The translations under genes were made by a program, and so were the position numbers. 64,000 nucleotides of DNA from Alloascoidea hylecoeti (taxonomy: Eukaryota): NCBI GenBank assembly GCA_001600815.1, contig BCKZ01000004.1, forward strand, positions 744,001 through 808,000, read 5' to 3'. Below are positions 24,101-33,368 of the stretch, piece by piece (position 1 is the first letter of the stretch; each line of letters starts with the position of its first letter). The notes beneath the pieces were generated by a model. It saw only the letters and a program-made list of their open reading frames with translations. It was not told the DNA's origin and did no database searches.

Positions 24101-24324
24101 TATGGACCTGTTTATACACAAGCGAATAAGCTATCATTTAAATATAGAAAGTTTAGGATTGAGGTATATATGACAGATATGATATATAAGTTATAGCTTT
24201 AGATCTTGAATACAATTACAATATTATTATTAATATAACTAAAGCCAAAATAAGAGATATTAATGCATTTTTTAAGAAGCTGAAAGTCAATTGCAATGTC
24301 AGTTAACTATAATTACTCTAATAT

Positions 24325-26469
24325 TCACCAATAACTATTTCCATTCCCATTCTTTTCAATTAGTTCTTTATAAATCCTCCATGGGTCTTGTCTAAAAATG
24401 GGGAAGTCTTTTGAAATTAAGTCCATTGTATTATTACCTTTGTAAATCATTTCCATTTCTTTTTGATGTAAAGAGGTGACATTTTTTGTCAGATTATAAT
24501 CTTCTTTTAAATGTTCTGAACCGCATGAACCTTCATCTGTTAAATTCCCTTCATCATCAAAAATTTCATTTGATTCTGGATCGGGAGTCTTCTTACAAGT
24601 TCTTTCAGAAACCCAAAGTCGTGTCATGTCTTGATAGCGGTGTTCATGGTATGGGCCATGACGAGTATAACATTCACTACCATATTTTTTATCCAATATC
24701 CTATCAAAGTTATGTGGTATAAAAGCTTCGGCGCCTTCAAATAGTGTTCTTCTTAATGGAATAATATCTTCTAATACAAACCAATTATAATTTTTGCACC
24801 TAACAGCTGTAACAGTACCGCGTTCATATTCACCATCTTCATATAATCTCTCTGGGCCTAGAGTTTGTTGAGCTTTTAGTGCCGAAATGTCAATGTACGT
24901 TCCTGTTCTGACATCAATTATTCTAGCGTCGATAAAATTTTTGTTATTCCCTTGCATGAAAAACCAAGGTGTCACTTCAAAATAATAAAGACCATTCCCC
25001 AATTCTGGATCTTCAACAATAAACGTTCCATTAAAATGTTTCCCAAGCCAGGCTAAGGATCTTATTGGAATCTGAACATCAATATCTGCATCATAGGGTA
25101 AATTCAAACCATTATAATGCCAACCGATTAACGACCCATAATTAATCCAGGTCGGTACATCATACGCTATACAGAATTTAAACCAAACTCTAACAATATG
25201 ATGCAGAGAATGAAATCGTTCCCTATCATGAATGATTTGTTTAAAGAAAGGATAGGCCCAATGATGTGAGTGCCAATTATCATCACCAATAATCATTGGA
25301 TATTTAAACCATTGGCTTGCCTTTGATGCGGTTTTCTGACCATATTTTAACATCTCAACATACTCTTCATCTATTTTTGGCATTTTTTTATCCTTATATT
25401 TGTCATTATATGATTTGATTTCTTCATATGCTTTGAAATAAAATAAATCTTTCGGTACTTCAATAATTGTCTTACCATTAACTTTTGATAAACTTGAATT
25501 TAATTTTTGATTATTGGTTAAAAAATTTGGGAATCTATTTTTATAAACATTTAATAACTTTTGCATTTCAGATTTTGTATCGATTTCAAGATTATTTTGA
25601 TAAGCATTTTTTGATTCTTTCAAATTATTCTTATAATATAAATCATATAATTTCTTTTTTCCATATCTATATTTACCTTTTATTGGGACTTTAAAGAATT
25701 TATCTTCTGCAGTCATGAAAATAATTTGTTTCGGGATTGGCCTTGTACTGTATAATTCCAAGGCGCCTCTTAATGCTTTTAACTTGGTTGTCTCTGGGTA
25801 ATAAGGGTCCTGATGTGATAACCCTTCAATTGCAATATCATCTTCTATTTCATAGTCATTAGCACCAGATATTATATCATCTTGATTATAAACCCATCCC
25901 ATTAATTTATTATACTTATAGCTAGCAGAATTTTTTCTATATGTTTTGAAAAAAACGTTTGATGGACCTAAATCTGTCCAGTCATCCCAATGAAAATAAA
26001 TACCATAGTCCGATTCATGAGAGTTTTCATCAGTTGACTCATTTTCAATAAAGTCTGCTAATAATGCTAGTTGAGCACCGATCGGAACAGTCAGATCATA
26101 ACTTTCTTTTCGTCTTGATGTTTCGTCGGCAAGAGCAGAAAACTGTTTTGGGGTTAAGGTTTTACTGTTCAATATGACGAAACTTTCAATTGCTTCAGTA
26201 TGGTGTAGAAATTTCATATATCGAATACAAGAGGATGATAAAAAACACAAAGAAAACACTGCAAATCCAAATAATATCCATAGAAGTTGTAATACTGTTA
26301 ATTTTTCTAAATGTGTTTTTAATTCCCGAAATCTTTTTGTTGATGGTGGTGTGAATCTTAATCTACACGCAGATTTAATTATAAGTTTAAATGTTGATAA
26401 TCCATTGAAATTTATAGATACTGGACCCACCTTTAGGATTCTTGAGAATATTCTATCACGTAAGCCCAT
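24325..26469 (-). CDS. Mnn4/Mnn14-like LicD-family phosphotransferase (mannosylphosphorylation), copy A
   Basis: N-terminal TM segment, FHWDDW motif, and LicD core WINYGSLIGWHYNGLNLPYDADIDVQ...NFIDARIIDVRTGTYIDIS...PLRRTLFEG. Confidence 0.88.
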   Translation of the reverse strand: MGLRDRIFSRILKVGPVSINFNGLSTFKLIIKSACRLRFTPPSTKRFRELKTHLEKLTVLQLLWILFGFAVFSLCFLSSSCIRYMKFLHHTEAIESFVILNSKTLTPKQFSALADETSRRKESYDLTVPIGAQLALLADFIENESTDENSHESDYGIYFHWDDWTDLGPSNVFFKTYRKNSASYKYNKLMGWVYNQDDIISGANDYEIEDDIAIEGLSHQDPYYPETTKLKALRGALELYSTRPIPKQIIFMTAEDKFFKVPIKGKYRYGKKKLYDLYYKNNLKESKNAYQNNLEIDTKSEMQKLLNVYKNRFPNFLTNNQKLNSSLSKVNGKTIIEVPKDLFYFKAYEEIKSYNDKYKDKKMPKIDEEYVEMLKYGQKTASKASQWFKYPMIIGDDNWHSHHWAYPFFKQIIHDRERFHSLHHIVRVWFKFCIAYDVPTWINYGSLIGWHYNGLNLPYDADIDVQIPIRSLAWLGKHFNGTFIVEDPELGNGLYYFEVTPWFFMQGNNKNFIDARIIDVRTGTYIDISALKAQQTLGPERLYEDGEYERGTVTAVRCKNYNWFVLEDIIPLRRTLFEGAEAFIPHNFDRILDKKYGSECYTRHGPYHEHRYQDMTRLWVSERTCKKTPDPESNEIFDDEGNLTDEGSCGSEHLKEDYNLTKNVTSLHQKEMEMIYKGNNTMDLISKDFPIFRQDPWRIYKELIEKNGNGNSYW

Positions 26470-26912
26470 TTTTTGAGATTTATGGGGGATAAATAAGAAC
26501 TGAATAATATACTTAAGGAGTGTGAAACGTGGAATGGAAATAAATGAGAAGAAGATCTAGATAAACGAAGTAGAAATAAGCATGCTAAGCTGCAGTTACC
26601 TATGTTAAATTTAAGCCCCGTTCCAGATTGCGATGAATTTTCACACATTAGTTGAGATTCTGCGGGTGGCTCAGACCACTACATGAAAAATTTATAATAG
26701 TTATAAGATATCGATATATTCCGAATGGCTTAAATTTAAACGAATACACCTTATAACTAAATGAACGCCTTCGCGCTGGCGACATAGCGCTATAGTTATA
26801 AAACTGTTTATATAATCTACTGCTTCTAAAACAAATAATTGAAATTGTATATAACGATACACCCGAATATTACTGAAGCTGAACTGTTAATACATGAATA
26901 TTCATAGAATAG

Positions 26913-29018
26913 TTAATGCTCCCAATATCTATTCCCATTACCATAATTTTTTATATTTTCTTGATATATTGACCAAGGATCCTTTCTAAAAGGCGGATAT
27001 TCTTCTTTTATAAAATCTTTTGTATCTTCACCATTTTTGATCATTTCCATTTCCTTTTCATGATGTAAAGTATAGTTTTTAGTGATAGAATAATCTTCTT
27101 GTAATAATCTACTACCACATGCACCTTCCAACGTTAATTCTTCGTCTTTATCGTTATTTTTGAATCTTTGATAATTGTCATTTGCTGGGGTTTCCTTGCA
27201 AACCCTTTCGGGAACCCAAATTTTTACATCAGGTTGATATATATGATCATGATATGGTCCTAATCTTGTGTAACATTCACTACCGTATTTGTAATCAAGA
27301 ATCCTATCAAAATTATGTGGTATAAAGGCTTCTGCACCTTCAAATAGTGTTCTTCGTAATGGAATTAAATCCTTTAAAATAAACCAATTTTGATTTTTAC
27401 AACGAACTGCCTTTTCTTTAGTCCTATCATACTTTGTGTCCTTAAATAAAGCTTGAGGTGCTCTTCTTTGGGGACGAGATAGGGCACTTATATCAATATA
27501 AACTCCAGTTCTAACATCAATAATTCTAGCATCAATAAAGTTTTTACCATTAGTACCTTGAAAAAAGAACCACGGAGTAACTTCAAAATAAAATATGCCA
27601 TTCCCATCTCTTGGATCTTCAATAATTAAAGTTTTGTTAAAGTTTTTACCCAACCAGGCCAAATGCTGCATTGGTATATTAACATCGATGTCAGCATCGT
27701 ATGGTAAGTTTAAACCATTATAATGCCATCCAATTAAAGAACCATAATTAATCCAAGAAACAACATCTAAGGCGGTTGCAAAACGAAACCAAGCTCTTAC
27801 TAAATGATGTAAAACATGAACTCTTTCTCTATCACCAATAATTCTTTTATAATAAGGGTATAAAAAATGATGAGAGTGCCATTGGTCATCACCGATTATA
27901 TCCGGAAACTTGAACCATTGTGGCGCTTCCCTTGCGGTATCTATCCCCCAATCTAAATAATCTCTATAATTTTTTTCATCTTCAGAGATTTTTTCACCAG
28001 CTTTTATCTTTTGATCAATATCAATTACCATTCTTCTTGCATTAAAATCAAAAGCCTCTTCAGAAACATCTATTAGTGCTGAATCATTCCTAAAAAATCT
28101 TGAAGATTCTCTTTCTGATTTAAAGTTTGGATATTTTTTCTTATAAGAATCTAATAACCAGTTAATTTCATGTTTTGTATTGAAAGCTTCATTATTTAAA
28201 TAAGATTGTTGACCTTTTTTTTTATCATTATTATGATATAAGTTATAAAAATATTCTCTGCCAAGTTTTTTCCTACCAATGACATCAATGGTAAACCATT
28301 TTTCATCATTTAAAAATAGTAACCTTTCAGGTATTGGTCTACAACAATATAATTCCAAAGAACCTCTTAAACTTTTAATTATACTCTTTTCAGGTTTTGA
28401 AGGGTCTTCAATTATATATTTTCCAATTTCTTCATCTGTTAGATTACTATTATGATGCACTGAAAAGGGGTTAATATCATTTTCTATTTCATCATCATCT
28501 TCATCTTTAATTAGTGCTAAATTTTTAATTCTCTCTGAAGATAATTTAAGAAAGGATAAAGCGTGCAGGTTCCCACTTTGTCTATAAGATTTGAAAAAAG
28601 AATCCGCAGAATGTAAATCAATCCAGTCATCCCAATGAAAATAAGTCTTTAATTTATATTTATAATCCAACTCATCTTTTGATTGTTTTTCAACAAAGTT
28701 CCTAATCATCGACAAATAAGAAGATATCGGTAAAGTTGGATCAAAAGTTAATGGACGTTTTGAAATTTCATCAGAAACAGTTATAAATTGCTCCATTAAT
28801 ATTTTATCCTCGCTGTTTAAACCTGAATACCGCGATATTGAACCCTGATGCTGAATATATTTCATATAGTCAAGACACGAGGACGTTAAAAAAAACAGGA
28901 CTATTACCGATAGAAAAAACGAGCCCCATAGAAGTTTGACGGTTCTGTTAAAAGACTTCTGCCATTTTAGTTGGTATATATATTCGTTATTTGATAATGA
29001 GTGAGAAGAAACTTTCAT
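26913..29018 (-). CDS. Mnn4/Mnn14-like LicD-family phosphotransferase, copy B (tandem paralog)
   Basis: Same architecture and motifs as 24325-26469 (FHWDDW, GSLIGWHYNGLNLPYDADID, NFIDARIIDVRTGVYIDIS, PLRRTLFEGAEAFIPHNFDRILD). Confidence 0.88.
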   Translation of the reverse strand: MKVSSHSLSNNEYIYQLKWQKSFNRTVKLLWGSFFLSVIVLFFLTSSCLDYMKYIQHQGSISRYSGLNSEDKILMEQFITVSDEISKRPLTFDPTLPISSYLSMIRNFVEKQSKDELDYKYKLKTYFHWDDWIDLHSADSFFKSYRQSGNLHALSFLKLSSERIKNLALIKDEDDDEIENDINPFSVHHNSNLTDEEIGKYIIEDPSKPEKSIIKSLRGSLELYCCRPIPERLLFLNDEKWFTIDVIGRKKLGREYFYNLYHNNDKKKGQQSYLNNEAFNTKHEINWLLDSYKKKYPNFKSERESSRFFRNDSALIDVSEEAFDFNARRMVIDIDQKIKAGEKISEDEKNYRDYLDWGIDTAREAPQWFKFPDIIGDDQWHSHHFLYPYYKRIIGDRERVHVLHHLVRAWFRFATALDVVSWINYGSLIGWHYNGLNLPYDADIDVNIPMQHLAWLGKNFNKTLIIEDPRDGNGIFYFEVTPWFFFQGTNGKNFIDARIIDVRTGVYIDISALSRPQRRAPQALFKDTKYDRTKEKAVRCKNQNWFILKDLIPLRRTLFEGAEAFIPHNFDRILDYKYGSECYTRLGPYHDHIYQPDVKIWVPERVCKETPANDNYQRFKNNDKDEELTLEGACGSRLLQEDYSITKNYTLHHEKEMEMIKNGEDTKDFIKEEYPPFRKDPWSIYQENIKNYGNGNRYWEH

Positions 29019-29209
29019 TTTTACACATTATGTACGAAAAAGAAGGTTGGGTATAAACTATAATTATTTATTTCTAAGCCCATACATTTTAATTATGTTA
29101 GGATGAAATTACATAATCCGACCTGACCGATCGATCTGTTGGAGTGAAACTATAGAAATAGCGATACGATGTCTAGATCTTAGAGGTTTCAGTTATTGGA
29201 TTAGCAATA

Positions 29210-29720
29210 CTGCGTGTGGGACGGGCTTATAGTGTGTAATGGTTGTCCCACACGCTCACCACATTAGGGTCTTTGACCATCAAAAACGGACCCGTAATCT
29301 TTTTCACCCCACAACCGCCAATGGTAAAATCAAAATAAAGCCCCAGAGCTGTTGCATCAAGCGACAATGAAGTGGGATACTAAAGGCATGGAAAGACGTC
29401 TTCTTGAGTCCAATACGTCATTAAGACAGATAGCAAGCGATGCCGGGCTGACCGGTTCTCGTAGATAGAACTAAATATGGGCAATCTGCATCAATAGATA
29501 AGGAAGTCTACTAAACTATGGCAAATGATGAAGTGAATTGGCTTACTAATAAGCTATCTTGTTAGGCAAAAGTGGTGGTGGCCGATAAAGAACTGCTCTA
29601 TTGTTTCATAGATCACACCCTTTGCCAACCACCCTTTATCCATCATCAAAAACCCAACAAAGAACACCATTACTGATTCTTATGCGAGTTTGATTGGAGA
29701 ATCCTTTAGGATAAGTAGTT
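29210..29720 (+). mobile_element. 5' relic of a putative pogo/Fot1-like DNA transposon (HTH region)
   Basis: GC-richer block with an 11-bp inverted repeat (29212-29222/29245-29255), leader tctttttcaccccacaaccgccaATG, and a disrupted frame containing LLESNTSLRQIASDAGL (HTH-like). Homologous to ~31820-32020. Confidence 0.5.
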
Positions 29721-29965
29721 AATATATACAGAATATCTAGTGATTTCATACTTATTTGTGTTGTTGGTAAACACTCTTTTTTGACTGGTCAAGGAAGGAC
29801 CCTAATAACAACCCTTATAACGTTCCTTGCAATCGTGTGACATCATGTGATCTCACTATTATCAGGCTTAGGTAATATTGTCATTTTAGGCTTACTCAGC
29901 ACACACGCGTGACAATAACCGATAACGCTTAAATTTGGTTTTTTGTAATTTAATCTACACCAAAA

Positions 29966-31174
29966 ATGGCCACCGGTACTAAACCTCTGAAAGCCCCAGA
30001 GTTTGGAGGCAGATCAACTTCAACCTCAAATAATAATTACTCCTTTCTGATCCAAATCGTAAGGGTGGCTTCTTTAGTCCCTTATTTCGTACTAGCAGCA
30101 ATATCTATCGTTGCAACTCAAACAGTCGGTTTTTTACTGTTATTGATCTCTCCAAAGGATTTAAGAGTATGGATGGATTATACAAAGCAATCCTTTGGTT
30201 TAGCAATCATCTCGATAACACAGTGGTATTCTCCCTCTAAAGTGAATATCTATTCCGATCCTTCCATGTCAAACGTATTCTCCGTGGATTTAAATCATAA
30301 TTTAATATCAAATTTTCCTCATCATTCTATCATTATTGCAAACCATCAAATATATTCCGACTGGATTTATCTTTGGTGGATAACGTATTCGGCAAAACTT
30401 CATGGATCTATATTTATAATACTAAAGGATTCACTAAAGAAAATCCCAATATTGGGGTATGGTATGAAAAATTATAATTTTATATTTTTATCCCGAAATT
30501 GGAAAAAAGATGAAACAACAATGGATAAACATTTAACTGAATTAAATGATGAAAATAAATTGTTCTCCTCTTCTATTGTTATATTTCCTGAAGGAACAAA
30601 CTTATCCGAAAACACCAAGAACAAAAATAAAGTATGGTCTGATAAGATGAATTTAAAAGAAACAAAAAATTTATTGTTACCAAGATCAACAGGCCTAAGG
30701 AAAATAATAACCAAATTATCAGACACAAATGATTACCTATATGATTGTACCATTGGTTATAATGGATATTCATCAAATGAATTTGGTCAGGATGTTTATT
30801 CATTAAAAAACGTCTATTTAAAAGGTAACTACCCAACAGAAATAAGTATGTATTGGCGTTGTTTTAAAATTAGTGAAATTCCTTATGATGACCCAATAGT
30901 GTTCGATGAATGGTTAAGAAATATTTGGTATGAAAAGGACAAATTATTAGAATTATTCTATAATACAGGTTCTTTTTATGATAATACTAATGATAATACC
31001 AATGTTATTAATAATGAACCTGAAAACAAAATTATTTCAAAATGTCAAGCTGAGATTAAATTAAATAGTTCATTGGAAGTATTTCAAATATTTGCTGTTC
31101 CAATTACTTTATTATTGATTGGTAATATTCTATTTAGAGCTATATGGCCATTAATTAAATCTAATTTATCATAG
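29966..31174 (+). CDS. CST26: Lysophospholipid acyltransferase (Cst26/YDR018C family, PlsC domain)
   Basis: Acyltransferase motifs IIANHQIYSDW, FIFLSRNW, IFPEGTNLS and LLPRSTGL; TM segments at both ends. Confidence 0.85.
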   Translation: MATGTKPLKAPEFGGRSTSTSNNNYSFLIQIVRVASLVPYFVLAAISIVATQTVGFLLLLISPKDLRVWMDYTKQSFGLAIISITQWYSPSKVNIYSDPSMSNVFSVDLNHNLISNFPHHSIIIANHQIYSDWIYLWWITYSAKLHGSIFIILKDSLKKIPILGYGMKNYNFIFLSRNWKKDETTMDKHLTELNDENKLFSSSIVIFPEGTNLSENTKNKNKVWSDKMNLKETKNLLLPRSTGLRKIITKLSDTNDYLYDCTIGYNGYSSNEFGQDVYSLKNVYLKGNYPTEISMYWRCFKISEIPYDDPIVFDEWLRNIWYEKDKLLELFYNTGSFYDNTNDNTNVINNEPENKIISKCQAEIKLNSSLEVFQIFAVPITLLLIGNILFRAIWPLIKSNLS

Positions 31175-31799
31175 ATATATAGGTTTATAACTATATATAG
31201 TACCATATGCTACTTGGATTCCTGGCTAGATTTAGACTAATGACCATCAAACATTTTTTTGTGAATTCATAATTACACAGAACCATAAATTTCATATTGT
31301 GCGTGTCGTTAAAAATGAACAATTTTAGGGAAATCAAAAAAACCCTCGCGCAAAATGTGACCACAACACAAAGTCGCTTCATTCATATATTAATCATGAC
31401 AAAAGATATATAAATGGCCAATGTAAATCCTATTGTCTCAAATTTGTTTGCGGGTATGCGAATAGTTAAAAGAAATATTTAATGGTTTTACACATTATAG
31501 GTGTGGATTCTGTGGAAGTATTAAAACCTACCTTATCCAGATGAGTTTTTGCATATGTAGGCTTTGATATTTCCTCATACCGTAATATGCAGAGTGGGAT
31601 ATCCCGACGATGATATCCCAGTCTACCCAGTCTACTGAGTCTATTCATAAATCATAATATACATATTACATAATACATTTGCATATCATAGATAATATTA
31701 ATCTAAAGTTGAAGGCAATGCATGGTTTTCCATGTAAAACTTTATATGGCCAATTTTTTTATTGGAATAATAAGCTGGAGTACAAGCTTAAGGGTTGTG

Positions 31800-32520
31800 C
31801 ACAGTGCACTGTGGACTGTTCTTGGCCTTCAAAAAATCAAAACGTCTGGCTCGTTTTCTTTTTCACGACTCCACAACCACCAACAATGAAAAATTCACGG
31901 TAATCATCAGAGCGCTTGAATCTAGGAAGAAGGAAGTGAGGTTACTAAATGTCATTGGAAGCTCTTGTCTTGAACCGAGTACATCAGTCAGCCAATTTGC
32001 TAGGGATGCCAAACTTTCATCCAGATCAGCAACTGAAGGTGGTGAAGTCTGTTCTTACGTAAAATTACACTACCACTAGGAGACAATTTGGTTAAACTCG
32101 ATGAAGAATTTGAAAAAGATTACCCTAATAAAGAAGATGAATCGAGGGAATATTATCTAAAATTAGATCCTTTGGCGGCGAGAATGGATATGAAAGCTAA
32201 TAATATGCACAAAAATCTTACAATGATTTATATATAGTACCATATTCTAGAGTTCATAATAAGCGATCAACAGATCATTCAATTGACGCCCTTAAACACC
32301 CGGAACTCTTGTACAAAATGAAGTAAGTAAGGATAGGAGAGGCAAGACAAGGGAAAACGCTCGATGAAAATCAAGTAGTTGGTGATAACATGGATGAGGA
32401 ACTTATTAACATTGCACTCAAAATAAACTCGATCAAAAACAGGGTTAAAAAAGAGGAAGAAACTAATCCAACTTTTACCTGAAAACAGAACAACAAGTAC
32501 AAATATGCCAGGAGAATGTA
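31800..32520 (+). mobile_element. Second diverged copy of the putative pogo/Fot1-like element (degenerate)
   Basis: Leader ctttttcacgactccacaaccaccaacaATG and peptide CLEPSTSVSQFARDAKL align with the 29300-29450 relic (LLESNTSLRQIASDAGL); many stops and frameshifts. Confidence 0.5.
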
Positions 32521-33368
32521 TCAGGATCAGTAGTTTTCCTTACACAATATCTAGTGAACACATATTTTTCGTGAGGTTGATGGCTTTAGGAAACACTTAT
32601 TTTGGGCTGGTCAATATCAGTGTCGAAAAAACAGTTATAACCTTAACTTATTGTTAGAGCTACTAGCTATAGATATGATTTTATAATTTTTTTTTTTTTA
32701 GTCCGAAGGGAAGAACTTGATATTTAAAATATCTCTCTTAATTCACAATTTGATACGTAATATAATAAATACTCCATGATTGTTGTTACTCTTCACGGGG
32801 GTTCACCTCTGTTCAATGATGAAGCTACCAAACTAACTCTACAATCATTAATGTTGATAACCAAATTGATCCAGATATGCCAGTCACCTCTTTTTAGATC
32901 TTACAATGTAATAAAATATAAAAATTTAGAGTAATGATACTAATAAATAGAATATAGGAAAAGAAGTTTTTAAAATCTAATTATAGGCATGTGCATATAA
33001 TTCATATCTACGTTCAAATACCAGTTGATATGTTGTGCCATTTGAAAGTATTCCAACTGCTCCAATTTTAAGTATTAGTGTTGTCATGGGGATTAAATCT
33101 GTCAACACAACATAAAATAACAATTAGCAAAATTCAAAATAAAAACATTTCAATTTAATTACTTCTTTTTTTCTTACAACTAAAACAAAATCAACAAATT
33201 TATAAACTAAATTTACTTGTTCATTCCATTTGACTGTTCTTCTATTTCTTATACAAGGTTTATTTAAAAGAGAACTAGTTTATTTTCTCTTTTGAATATA
33301 TAGTCATAAAAAAGAAGTATTTATTTAGTACTTGTTATTAATATTAGTATTTGATATAAATCATCATT

